NCBI GenBank assembly: GCA_026770705.1
Contig: JANJGN010000010.1
Span: forward strand, 43,834,001-43,898,000
Length of the DNA stretch: 64,000 bases
Direction: 5' to 3'
Origin: Isurus oxyrinchus
Lineage: Eukaryota
A program made the translations under genes and the position numbers. Shown here piece by piece: positions 12,080 to 24,815 of this stretch. How positions within the stretch are numbered: the stretch's first letter is position 1; the number at the start of each line of letters is the position of its first letter. A model generated the notes under the pieces. The model worked only from the letters and a program-made list of their open reading frames with translations. It did not search any database and had not been told where the DNA came from.

Positions 12080-13826
12080 ATATCCAGAAGGCTGGTGGAA
12101 TCCAAAAATCCCTATAGAATCTGATTCCACTACCATTTCAATTTGTGCATTCCAGATCTTACTAACACTCTGTAAAATAGTTTCTCCTCATTTCGTCTTT
12201 AGTTCTGTCAGCAATTATCTTAAATCTATGACCTCAGGTACATTTCTCACTTGCCAGAAGAAAGTTTCTTCCTATTTGATTCATGAGAAAACACTCTCAA
12301 TTTTGAATATCTCTAGCAGGTAGAACATAGCTTCTCCAATATCTCCACATAACTGAAGTTATTTGTTTCTGCTATCATCCTGGTATATCTTCTCCATACC
12401 GTCTCCAAGGACATCCTTCCTAGTGTACAGTGCCCAGAATTGTACATAGTATTCCAAATGAGGCCTGACCTGATTTGTAATGATTTTCTATCTTGCTTTT
12501 GTATTCAATATCCCTATTTACAAAGCAAAGTGCACCACACGCTTTAACTGCTATATCAATGTGCTCTGTGACCTTCAAGGACTTGGGGTGTTGTACTTTA
12601 TCAAATAACTTTTGAAAGCCCATTTTATTTTATTCATTCATGAAATGGGGGCATCACTGGCTGGGCCAGCATTTACTGCCCATCCCTAATTGTCCTTGAA
12701 AACTGAGTGGCTTGCTATTTCAGAGGGCAGTTAAAAGTCAACCATATTACTGTGGGTCTGGAGTCACATGTAGGCCAGACCAGGTAAGGATGGCAGATTC
12801 CCATCCCTAAAGGGCATTAGTGAACCAGATGGCCTTTTACAACAATCAGCAATGGTGTCATGGTCATCATTAGACTGTTAATGCCAGATTTTTATTGAAT
12901 TTAAATTCCACCCTCTGCCATGGTGGGATTTAAACCAAGGTCCCCAAAGCATTACCTTGGGCTTCTGAATTACTAGTCTGATAGCAATACCATGACATCA
13001 CTGCTTTTCTGTGATTTACATCTATTGCATTATCGTCATCAAGTGTTTCTAGTACTTGTTCAAAGAATTCAATCAGATTGATCAAATACAACTTGATTGT
13101 AACAAATCTATGATACACCAAGTGATAATAAATATATTTTGCCTTTGATAATGGTCCCTAGTAAGTTTTCCACTTTTGACATTAGACTAATTGGCCTCTA
13201 GTTACCAAACTTATCTCTTTCACCTTTTCTGAACAGAGGTCTAACATGTGCAATCCTCCAGCCATCCTTTCCCTTGAATTATTTTTCGTTGTGAGCAGCC
13301 TGTTCATTTCAATGCAGGGACAGTTTTTTGACCGACTGCACACAAATGTTGTCTTAAATGGGACAACTTCTGAGCAGCCTGCACAGCTTCTTTTGGGCTG
13401 CTATACATTTATGCACACCTGCAACTGAGAGAAACCATTGCCTCAAGTCCAATGGCACTACACCCTTATCCAAGGAAGATTGAAAGATTGCGATCAGAGT
13501 TGTTACTAATGCCACTCCAAATTCCCTCAGCAATCTAACATGCATCCCACTCGGTAACTTAATTGAGGGATGTACTTCCTTTCTGTTTTTATGCTTTTTT
13601 AATATCTCTATTCCCTCTACCTCTACTGCAACATTAACTTCATCCAGATGCAAAGTACTTAGCAACTGAGTCATCCCCTCTCCCTCACAAGAAGATTTTC
13701 TTTATTTATCCATAATTTGCCCCACTATTCCTTCAACTATTATTTTAGTCTTTATATATTTTTAAAGATTTTTTGTGTTTCCATTTTGTTAGTGCTAATC
13801 TTTTCTCATATGCTGTCTTTGCCCTT
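12080..13826 (-). mobile_element. Decayed CR1 LINE (resumes at about 19410-19660 after H1), containing a SINE
   Basis: NLIEFFEQV, FQKLFDKVQH and IFQSSLDKGVVPLD RT-region motifs. Confidence 0.8.
12625..13005 (-). mobile_element. tRNA-derived SINE with LINE family-B 3' tail
   Basis: Minus strand has a B-box-like GGTTTAAATCCC and ends CAAGGACAATTAGGGATGGGCAGTAAATGCTGGCCCAGCC...CATGAATGAATAAAA, the same tail as 2950-3015 and 61495-61570. Confidence 0.8.
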
Positions 13827-13976
13827 GGGCGGAATTTTCCCTGCCCACTGGTGGCAGTCATGATAGGTGGTGTGAGCGAACAATATGGCGTGATTGGTTT
13901 CACAACAGCAGGAAGGCAGGTTTTGATTGCCCGCTCAGCCCACCAACGGTTGTCGGGAACATCATTTTAATACATC

Positions 13977-14628
13977 GGGCGAATCTTGCCCTTGGATGGC
14001 TGGCTGGCCCCACCAGCTTGGTGGTGGGTGGGCAGCCGACCCCCGCTACTGAAATGGGGCCCGCTGCCATTTTAAGTGGGCGAGCCAATTAAGGCCCGCC
14101 CAGTGGCATCCCCGATGGGCAGCGCTAGGGGCTTCATGTGCAGGGGGGGAAGGGATTAAGGGATTCTCCATCTGTCAAAGTGCGCTCTTTAGAGCATGCG
14201 CACGAATGAGCGCACTTCTCCCTGAGGCCAAGTCCTATCTCAGGGAGATCACTGACCGTGGTAAAAACTTTAAAAATGGAAACATTAAAAAATTATTACC
14301 ATGTCCCCCTCATGTGACAATGTCACACGAGATGGGACATGTTAATAAAGAACACATAAACAATCTGGAGCCCGCTGGGGCTCCTGGCCTGCCCGCCAGC
14401 CTTAAGGTTGGCCGGGCAGGTCTTTAAGTACTTTAACTAGCCTGTCAATGGCCTCAATTGGCCATTGACATGTCGGCAGGTGGACAGCTGATTTTGCTGT
14501 CCGCCCGCCTTCCTAAAAATTTTAATGACCCGGGATGACGTCAGAGATTCCTCCCGACATCAACCGGCATCATTTTTCCCTTGGCGAGCGGGCCCCGCCC
14601 CCAAATCGCCGAGAGGAAAATCCTGGCC
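13977..14628. mobile_element. Harbinger MITE nested in H1
   Basis: Ends GGGCGAATCTTGCCC and GGAAAATCCTGGCC; perfect 3-bp TSD ATC at 13974-13976 and 14629-14631. Confidence 0.85.
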
Positions 14629-15578
14629 ATCAGCACATCATTATCAGGCCATCCTGCCAGGGTCTTGCACCCCTGCTGGATAGTCCGTCCAAGTCAGCAG
14701 GAAAGCACAGCGACGTTTTCACAACAGCACAGAGTCCTGCACTTTGGGTGAACTGGAGGTGAGTGCATGGCAAAGTTCTGCAGAGCTTAGCAGGGTCGAC
14801 TTTTGCTTTGCAGGCTTTGGGGAGCTGGGAGGTTGGGGTTAAGTACCACCCTGTCTCAGAGGCAACTTTTGAGGGTGACGGGGAACACGGGTCAAGTGCA
14901 GCCTGGCCTCTGAGGCAGCTTTTGATGGGGGCTAGTGCAGCCTTGCCGTTGAGGTGACTGGTGGCGGGGTGGGGACAAGGGCAGCCCTGCTATTGAATAT
15001 AGCGCACAAGCATTCAGAGTGCAGGGGTAGGGTGGGTGAGGGAGGTGGCCACGCATTCGGGAAACCTGAAAATGACCCTTCCTCTGCAACTAAGACAGTT
15101 CAGGCACAGCCACACTGATATCATTGGAATTGGGGCTCTAGCTTCTCTGCCCCAACAAGCAACGCAGAGGCATCAAAGGACCACCAAGTTCTCCAGAGCT
15201 CACCACTGTCCCCCCTCCCGGCCACCCCCCACCGGCCACCCTCCACCCCCCCACGTCCCAAATGTGGCACAGAAGGCAAATTCATGAGCAGTTGGACTGC
15301 ACACGTTGTACAATCTCCTCACTAATGCTGGCTACGTAGCAGCCACTGCTGGAAGTGCTCACAGCCCCTTGCAATGTCAGCATCTTGGTTTGGACCAGTC
15401 TCCGCCATGTCCAAGCTAACAGGGCAGCCATGCAGCGCACTAATCTCTGGCCATCCAAGTAGTGGCCAGCACTCACCGGGAAACATTAAAATCACACTTA
15501 ACCAGGACAGGTTCTTAGTCCACACATGCTAACCACGTATCTCTATCTTTCATTCTGCGGGAGGAGTACATCAGGATC

Positions 15579-16827
15579 ATGGAGCCTGGTGAACTAGCTG
15601 TATGCCTGATGTCCTACAGAGCATGAAGAAGACGGAGGAGAGAGCAGCTTAGGCTCCTGGCTGCACAGAGGTAGGAGCAGCAATGTCAGGAAGAAGAGGC
15701 AGCTGGGGCTCCCACACATGCCGCCCAACAGCCACAGCAAGTCATCGCAGGTCGGCGCCTAGCAACACCCAGGGTTTATACACGCCACCTTTCATTCCTG
15801 CAGATGACTGAGAATCAGGGTTGCGGAAGACTGTGAATGTCTAGGGATCTGGTCGCTCATATCTGCCAGGTACTGCAGGATTTGGATCCACAGGGACATA
15901 GAAGGCATCCACTGCCAGTGGCTGTGAAAGTGACAGCAGTGCTCAATTCCTATACCAGAACTTTCTTTCAAGGCTCCAGAGGTGACCCCTGTGTGATCTC
16001 TCAAGCCTCCACCCACAAATGCATTCATGAGGCCATCGATGCTCTCTTTGCGAGGGTACACAACTTTGTACATTTTTCCCGGGACAGGACAGCCAGGGTG
16101 CAAGAGCGATTGGATTCACCCAGATCTCCGGATTGCCACAGGAGCAGGATGCGATTGACTGCACTCATGAGGTACTCAGATCTCTGACACAACACACGAT
16201 GGACTTTATCAACCGCAAGGGCTTCCATTCACTGGACGTGCACCTGGTGTGCGACCACCAGAAACGCATCCTGCAGGTGTGCACATGGTTTCCATGGAGT
16301 GTGCACGCGCTTACATTCTCAGTCGATCACAGATCCCTGGAGTCTTCCAGGGTCCACAGAAGCTGCAGGGATGGCTCCTTGGGGACAAGAGCTACCTGCA
16401 GAGGCCACGGCTGATGACACCCGTGCAGCAGCCTCAGACTGCAGCAGAGCGATGGTATAATGAGGCTCAAGCTGCAGCTCACACCTTGGTGGAGCAGACC
16501 ATCGGGATGCTGAAGATGAGGTCCCGGTGCCTGGACTGGCCTGGTGGAGCCCTGCAATACAGCCCACAGAGATTGTCATGTATCATTGTCGTCTGCTGCA
16601 CCCTTCACAACCTGGCACTCCAACAGGGAGACACACTGGCTGAGGAGGAGATGGAGGAGCTGCATGTCTCCTCCGATGAGGAGGACATGGATGGGGATAA
16701 GGCTGAGCTGGTCCTCGGAGGTGACAAGGATGGAGATGAGGCCCTCACAACGGCTAAACAAGGCAGGGGCGCTCGGGAGGCCCTCATAGCTACTAGATTT
16801 CTGGTGGGTGATGACGACATAGAGTGA
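15579..16827 (+). pseudogene. Harbinger DDE transposase (HARBI1-family, DDE_Tnp_4), frameshifted
   Basis: LPVAVKVTAVLN, DAIDCTH, NRKGFHSLDVHLVCDH, LLGDKSY, VEQTIGMLKMR, CCTLHNLA and acidic tail, spread over three frames. Confidence 0.9.
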
Positions 16828-17097
16828 GGCGACCCCATGGTTTCTCACATCGCATTTCAGAGCGTTTTACTCTTATCTGGCTTATGGCAGTGTGAATATC
16901 CTCTATGCGAATGCTTCTGTCATGGAGATGCGGTACAGGTCCTAATGGTCACTCAGTTGCAGGAGGATGATGACAACATACAGTGAGGACACTCCATAGA
17001 TCTTCACATAACCTCTGAGAATGTCTGACTCCTGTCTGGACAAGGGCAGCTCGCTGCGCTCCGTGGTCAGGGTCATATCATAGAGATGCGGCCGTGG
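16779..17097 (+). repeat. Diverged ~159-bp tandem duplication spanning the transposase stop and 3' UTR
   Basis: GGCCCTCATAGC...GATGACGACATAGAGTGAGG...GGAGATGCGG recurs as GGTCCTAATGGT...GATGACAACATACAGTGAGG...AGAGATGCGG. Confidence 0.75.
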
Positions 17098-17550
17098 AAC
17101 TTTAGAAGCATCCGATGCTGTGTCCGCCTTCAGCACCTGAGCCCTTCAGGAGCTGGGGCACAGCATCAGTGGTCACAGATGCTGAAGAGATGAGGGCCAG
17201 CCACCTTTTAAAGGTGCTGAGAGCACACAGAGAGAATGAGAGAACTCTGTGGTGCCTGCCCACTACATTCTGGCAGCAATGACCAGAACCATCGAAGTGC
17301 AGGCATCAGTAATGTCACCAGGGAGTGTGAGGCTGGACCATCACTTTGGTCTGAAGGCTGCACAGAGCACAGAGAAGAGGCCCTGGACTGAGACACCTGA
17401 TTTTATCTTGAGCAGAAAGGTTTCACATCTGAGTGACAAGAACACTGCTCACCAGAACAAGGAGCCATAGGCAGGGAGACATTCTTGGGAGTTTATTGAC
17501 AATAATGAACAGTACGTTGAAGTGATTAACACCTATACCCAGGCTGTGCA

Positions 17551-19181
17551 ATTAATTCTCCTTAACTTTCCTAACCCTGTCTTGTTGCTCCCCGGACATC
17601 CACAGTGGAGATGGAGGCTGCCTGCTGACTGCTACGCCCTGTTTGTGATGACCTTGGTGGGTCAAGACTTGGAGCGCCCCGGCCTTCTTTCAAGACCCTT
17701 GGCCTGTGGAACTAGAGCCACTGAGGTCACAGAAAGATGGGAGTCAGATGGGCCAGACATTCTCGGAGTGATCTGGATGGATGGGCCCAGAGTGTGCACC
17801 TGCTGATCCTCCTCCCTATGGGTGCCTGAGGGCCCCAGACTGATTCCTCGAGGGGGAGGGGTAGCTGGAGTGACATCAAGCTGCCCAGCACCCCTCTCAA
17901 GTACACACAGTTGGAGGCCAACTATAGAGTTGAGCCCGCGCAGCAGTGCAGGAGCGACGTCCTGGACGTCCTGCAAAGGTTTCCATTGCAGCTGCCATCC
18001 TACCAGTGTTGACCTCGGTGTATTGGCATGCCGGTGCTATCACCTCATCCTGAAGGCGGATGGACTCCTCCATCGTGCCTTACAATCTGAGGAGTGCAGC
18101 AGACATCCCTTCCTGATGCTCCCGAGCTTGCCTTTGCAGCTCCAGCAACTGTGACCATGACCAAGTCCAGAGGCTCAGCATCTGACTCGGACTCAGTAAA
18201 TTTCTGGCCTCCAGCAGTCCTCCGAGTGCCGGACACATGGAAAGTCCCTGAGATGTGCTCACCAGATTGTGATCCCAGGGCTACTCTAAAGCTTGGTCCC
18301 ACAGAGGTATGTGTCCCTGCACTGGTGGAAGGTGTGGCTGAGCACTATGACGGGACTTCAGGAAGGGTGCCTCCAGATTCCTCTTCAGAGGTTTCTTCGG
18401 GGCTTGATTGGAGGCCCTGGGTCATGGACTCCATTGGCTGTTTCCTAGATGTGCCTGCGAAAGCAAGGAGAGATAATTAGTGCATGTCAGTGGCTTGGGA
18501 AACAGGACACATCACTCACGGCGTGGTTGTTGCACTGATGGATGTTGTACTGCTGGATCCTCACTTGGTAGAGCAGTGCTGACCTCACCATCAGCACAGG
18601 ACCGGTCCCGGTCATCGCCAGCCAGCTGGATGGCTCTGTTTTCAAAGTCTGTGAGGATCTTGATTTTGGGCATTCTGCCACCGGTCTGCAACCCCTCTCT
18701 CTTGTCTGCCAGCTTGTCCTGCATGAATAGAGATGGAAAAAGTGTAAGCAGGGTGCCTGCCGGGCCAGATGATAAATGTGCCTGACCTGTGTGGGTGGTA
18801 AGTGGTCCCATGGTTGGGGTGAGGACAATGATAGCGAGCATGGGAGAGTGAATGGTGACGTCCGTTGAACTGGCAGTGAGTGAGGGCCCTATGGATGTTT
18901 GTTGGGTTTGTGAGTGTTTGCGTTGAGAGTGATGAAAACTGTGACTTACCCTGGCGGAACAGAGGAGATCATTCATCCTCTTGAGGCACTGGGTGGCTGT
19001 CCACTTCTGAAGGGCATTGGTGCTGATCATCTCTGCCACTGCCTCCCAAGCCAGATTGGTCACATTGCTGCCCATCCTGCAGCCAGAGCAGGGGTACAGC
19101 ACATCCCGGCGGGCCTCCACAGCATCCAGCAGTCGCTCGAGGGACCCATCTTTGAACCGAGGGGCTGCCTTTGAGGGCCAT
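17551..19181 (-). pseudogene. Harbinger Myb/SANT-like protein gene, three exons (about 19181-18950, 18718-18565, 18454-17551)
   Basis: APRFKDGSLERLLDAVEARRDVLY...AWEAVAE...TATQCLKRMNDLL; donors AGG|GTAAGT and CAA|GTGAGG; acceptors TTCATGCAG| and CTTTCGCAG|. Confidence 0.85.
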
Positions 19182-20799
19182 GTCTCCCGGGCAGCAATGG
19201 TGAGCTGGAAGCAATGAGCGCTGTGCTTGCTGCTGGCCTTTAAACATGGCGCCCGGCGGGATGATGTCGGGAGGGTGAATGAGACCCCACCATGAAACGG
19301 CGTGTTTCCCGGGAGTACATAAATATTGAAGTGGGCTCTTGACGATACGGCGTGAAAACCCGCCTTTGCCACGCGGTTTTACCGACCCATGACCACACTT
19401 AGTGCAAATCCTTCTTCAGTTTCTCTGTGCAGAATCTGTAATCTATCTGCTTTTTGACAGTATTCTATAACCGGCAGTTAGCTATTTTTGGGTTTTTTTT
19501 CACCTCCATTTCCTTTATTATTCAGGGTGTTGTAGCTTTTGATACCTTCTTTCTTCCTTATTCTTGGTCTGTACTCAAAGTATTGCCATCCTGAAAGCCT
19601 GCCAATGCTTATTTACTGATTTAGTGGGCAACCTTTGTTTTCACTCCACCTAATGAAAACATGGTCAAGGTCTATTGGAGCCAGCCTGGCACCAAAACGT
19701 ATGAACAAATCTAACAGCAACCTTGGCTGGATATTAGGAAATGTTATTCTGGTTAGCACGTATATTTAAAAAAACACACAATAAAAAACGTCCTTGGCTG
19801 ACAGGTGCATTGTATTTCATTTCTACACTTTATTAAATTTTTATAAAATCATATATTAAAATCAAAATAAACACTTACAGGTGATAGTTCAAATACTGCT
19901 TTTTGCAAGTTTTAATTATAAAATTGTCATTACAATTTGCATTAATAATCAGTTCTTGTCACCAATCAACTATTTTCATCTCTTCCTTTATTCAGTCTGA
20001 TAGTGATAAACCTGGGATCATAACGATGACAATCAGCATACATAAACCTTAATCCGTTGAAATAACCATAGGCAATATCGATATCACATTACATGACCAA
20101 GAAAATCATCAGATAATAAGCATTAGAAAAACATGGATGAGTCGTTTGACTAAGAATTCCTTTATGCACTATAGTCAGGTAATCAATCCGCCACAAATAT
20201 AATCTTCCAATGCACTTAGATATAGCAACCCTATTATCCATGTCTCTTGTAGCTGGTTAACCTTTTCTCAAATATCCATTCATCCTTCATTCCTTGCCTT
20301 AAAACTAATTAGCTAAATCTCCAGTGCAATACTTGAAAAAGACCCATTCTGTCTCCTTGCTCCTACCTACCAACCATACCTATACACAATCTAAATTATC
20401 TGGAGTGAGCCTTTGGCTTAACAGTAAAATGGTCCAAACTGAGTCAGAAGGTGTAGGGTTTAACCCTCACGTCAGACAGACCTGGCAAGTAAGAGGCTAG
20501 GACTCTAATTCTGAACCCTGGGTTGAGATTAGCAGTACATGCAGAGTGCCCCCTGCCACTGCCCCATCATCATCACTCCTGCAATTCCCCCTCTTCTGGC
20601 ACAGGCATGAAAGCCCATGAACCTATATAAATGCAAATCATTCTTTCTATAAAATCATTCACCCTTACAGGACTAACCACCCTATTGGTTGGTATAAATA
20701 TAGTTACAGCTTGTCAAACGATTTATCACTACTTTACATTGCTCTCCAAAAAGAGATTGTTAAAACACAAAAAGCAGCAACAACCTCAAATACCTATAC

Positions 20800-22915
20800 T
20801 TTATTCATTCATATGATATGGACATCGGTAGCAAGGGCATCATTTATTGCCCAGACATATTTGCCTTTGAGAAGGTAATGGCAAGCTGCCATCTTGAACC
20901 ACTGCAGTACAGGTGCTGTAGATATATCCACAGTGCTGTTGGTAAGAGGTTCCAAGGTGTTGACCCATTGACGATGAAGGGTTGGCAATATATTTTCAAG
21001 TCAGGATGGTGTGTGACTTGGAGGAGGACTTGCTTGCGGTGTTCCCATGCATCTACTTCCTACCTGCTTCTCAGTGGCAAGTTTCTTTAGTGCACTTTGT
21101 AGATTATACATACTGCAGCCAAGGTGGTGGAGGGAGTGAAGGTTTAAGGCGGTGGATGGGATGCCAGTCAAACAGGCCCCTGAATGGTGTCGAGCTCCTT
21201 CAGGGTTATTAAAGCAGACATTGAGAGTATTCCATCACACTCCTGACTTATGCCTAGTAGATAATGGAAGGCTTTTTGGGGAGTCAGCAAGTCTGTTATG
21301 CACCATAGAATACCCAATCTCTAACCTGCTCTTAAAGCCACAGTATTTAAGTGGCTGTTACAGTTAAGTTTCTGTTCAGGTCTTATTACACCTTCATTAT
21401 CTGGAGAGTTGTGACTGGAACTGAACACTGTTCAATCATCAGCAAACACCCGCACATCTGACCTTATTGTTGAAGGGAAAGTTCTTGATAAAGCAGCTGA
21501 AGATGCTTCGGCCTAGGACACTGACCTGAGGAACTACTGTAATTATGTCCTTGGGCTGAGATGATTGGTCTCCAATGACCACAACCATTTTCCTTTCTGT
21601 TAGGAATACTTCCAGTCAGTAGAGAGTTTTCCCCTGATTCCCACTGACTTCAATTTTACCAGACCCCGTGATGCCCCAATTGGTCAAGTGGTGCTTTGTT
21701 GTCAAGGTAACTCTCAACTGAAATTCAACTCTTGATCGTTTGGACCAAGGCTGTAATGAGGTCTGCAATTGAATGGTCCTGGCAGAACCCAAGCTGAGTA
21801 TTGGTCATCAGGCTATTGCTGAGTAAGTGCTGCTTGATAGTACTGTTGATGACACCTTCCACCACTTTGCTGACGATCAAGATTAGGTTGAGGGGGGCAA
21901 TTATTGCCCGGATTCAATTTGTCCTGCTTTCTGTGCACATGGAATGCCTGGGCAACTTTCCACTTTGCAGGTAGATGCCACCACTGTAGCTGTACTTCTT
22001 TAGATGCTGCAGCTGTATTTGGCTAGTTTTGGAGTCTTCAGCATTACAACTGGGATAGCATCAATGCCCATAGCCTTTGTCTCCATTCATTCAACTATTT
22101 CTTGATATCATGTAGAGCTAATCGGATTGGCTGAAGATAAGCACCTTTGATGCTAGGGACCTTGAAGAAGAGGCCAAGATGGGCCATCCATGACCCTTAT
22201 AGATGGTTGCAAACACTCCAGCCTTGTCTTTGGCAATAATGTGCTGGGCTCCCCCATCATTGAGGACGGGATGTTTATGGAGTTGCCTTCTCCGGTTAGC
22301 TGTTTAACTGTCCTCCACCATTCACAACTGGATGTGGCAGCACTGCAGGGATCGGATCTGATCCATTGCTTGTGGGATCACTTAGTCCTGTTTATAATAT
22401 GCTGCTTCCAATGTTCAGCATGCATCTTGTTCTGTTTTGTAGCTTCATCTGGTTGCTATCTCATTTTTAGCCATGCCTGGTGCTGCTCTGGGCAAGCTCT
22501 CCTACATCTCATTGAACCAAAGTTGATCCCTTGTTTGATTATAACGGTTGAGCAAGTGATATGCTGGGCCATGAGGTAACAGCCTGTGGTTGAATGCAAT
22601 TCCACTGCTGCTGATGGCCCACAGTGCTTCATGGTTGCCCAATTTTAAGCTGCTAGATCTGTTCTGCATCTACCACATTTAGCACTGTTGCTGTGTGAAA
22701 TGATGAAGGATGTCTTCAGTGTGAAGATGGAACTCCGACTTCACAAGGACTATACAGTGGCCAATTCTACTAATATTATCACAGAAAGTTGCATCTGCAA
22801 CAGGTAATTGGTTGATTGGTGAAGACGAGGTCATGTAGCTTTTATGCTCATGTTGATTCTCTCATCATCTGCCACAGGTTCAGTCTGGCAAATTTGTCCC
22901 TCAGGACTCAGCCAC
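20800..22915 (-). mobile_element. LINE family B, decayed
   Basis: Colinear with 25830-28480; 3' tail at 20800-20900. Confidence 0.8.
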
Positions 22916-23408
22916 GTTACAGTGTCACCTGAGCAGGGTTTGACTTTGGCAGGTCTGATGCCTATGTCTACATATTCATTATTCATTCATCCAATTATCT
23001 GTTAAAGTTTTTGTGGTATTAATAGTTAAATGTTAATTATCTCCCATTTTCCATTGCCATCATGGAAGGGACATTTCATTATATCGAGCAATGAGATTCT
23101 GACTATTCCTCAGTCCTATTGTCACTCATTTATTCTGTTCATTATTTTATCAGATAATTTTTGCTAATCAAGATGTGTTCTAGGAATTGATTATTTTAAT
23201 TTTGGACATTCAATGTCTACATCTAATTATGCTCTGCCTGACCCAAGAATGATTAATGCTCAGCAAATTCCTCTCTACTCTGTCTTAACAATTCACCCAG
23301 AAAAGGAGAACTTCCTACTGCACCAACATGACACTTTGTTCTTCCAATGGCATCTGTGCGATTAGCAACATTAGTTGTTGTGGACCATGCTTAACAAGAA
23401 ATGAACGG

Positions 23409-24334
23409 TGATATAACGTGGCAGGTGATGTGTGCCAGGTGGGCCAAATCCACGAGAAGTTTGGCCAGGCTATCATAACAGTTCTGCAATTTGTATTTAT
23501 TACAAGATGATTTGTGCGCTGAATTCATTTGTAATGAGCCCACTAACACTGTCAGGGATTTTAAAATGTTAAATTAAAACATTTATTAACAAAAGAAAAG
23601 ATTTTAAGCACATGCATAAGATTACAGTTACATAATACTATAACAAACCCCAAAATTCGTAATTAATCTGACTAATGACACCCTCTTTAAGGCAACAGTC
23701 CAAAATAGATTTTAAATTTAGATAGGCAATCCAGCAAGTTTACTACAGCACCCACTCGACAGTGGAATTCCAAAGGCATTTCTCCAGCTTTGGTCACTGG
23801 ACACAGCAGACTTCTGCAAAAGTGGCTGGAGGCTTTTTTCCCAAGGATGTTTTACATGGTCCTTTCAGATCTTACATGGCTCTCAACATAGCTTTCCATC
23901 CTTTTTTATATATGTTTCTCTCTCTTTAATCTGTAAATTCTATTGCTCTATATGTATTTGGAAATTTACTTCTCCCATAATCTAAACATCTTTCATGTTG
24001 CTAATATGGTCAGTACCTTTGGGAAAGATAAACATACTGCTTGGCCTTGCTTATCTGGTTAGTTGTAGGCATCCTATTATCCCTTTGAAACCTAAACTAC
24101 ATTTATCTAAAAATGCAAACTTCCTTCACACCCTAAAGCTGTCCTCATCCATGTTTACTCATTAGCATTCCAAATGCCTTTTACACCTAACTTCTTTTGA
24201 TAATTTTAACCTTGCAGTCTATCTGACTCCAATTCAATTAAATCGCGCAGACAGAGCTGCACACACTCAAACTCATAAACCTACTTTACAATAAACCACA
24301 ATAATATTATGAAAAATATGATAGTTTCATGACA
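23409..24334. mobile_element. Solo LTR (926 bp), same family as 10188-11119, opposite orientation
   Basis: TG...CA ends; TSD ACGG/ATGG (CpG transition); first ~230 bp match the reverse complement of 10900-11119. Confidence 0.8.
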
Positions 24335-24589
24335 ATGGAGACAACCAAAGGCAATTCACATAGTACCCTTACAGCCAGTACCAGCTTCAAAGTCAAAATC
24401 AACCCAGAAAACAACTGCACACATTCTCAGTTTGTGGGTGAGCTGAAACAATTAGTCTCCCTACATATTCAGAAACAGTCCTCTCTGCATCCTCTGAAAC
24501 AATTTTCTTGCACTGTATGCATTTTAAGACACTTCCTTCTATTCTTCCCTCTTTCTGTATTTCAATTTTTCTCTATCCGTGTCACAGCT

Positions 24590-24815
24590 TTGAACAGGGA
24601 TTGCTGATTAACAATCATAGTAGGAATGCTGGTCAATTATTCCCTTCCCTAACCAACAGCATAGAGATGAGTTATAACCCCTCCCCCATTCACTGTACCA
24701 GCTGAGATCATTTAACTCAACACAGGCCAGGTATCGAACAGAGACCTTCCTCATAAATATGACTCAGTATCACATTGCCCAGTCCATTTTCTCCACTGAA
24801 TCATTGAGAGAATGG
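24590..24815 (-). mobile_element. Ancient tRNA-derived SINE-like fragment
   Basis: Minus strand B-box-like TGTTCGATACC followed by GAGTTAAATGATCTCAGC. Confidence 0.35.

Larger units (their letters stand above)
13827..19410. mobile_element. PIF/Harbinger transposon H1 (transposase +, Myb gene -), right TIR lost
   Basis: Left TIR GGGCGGAATTTTCCC; both genes present; right end AGTGCAAATC matches the H2 subterminus but lacks the last ~15 bp; inserted in CR1. Confidence 0.9.

Noticed and set aside
15579-16827. Domesticated host gene HARBI1
   Set aside because: Frameshifted, inside a TIR-bounded element inserted in a CR1, and multicopy in the window; it is a transposon pseudogene.
18512-19372. 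286-aa ORF as an intact MSANTD/NAIF1-like gene
   Set aside because: The ORF reads through an in-frame intron (18949-18719) and starts in subterminal DNA; the likely true start is frameshifted.
19875-20010. Minus-strand exon ending at a GTAAGT donor
   Set aside because: All three frames contain stops upstream of the donor.
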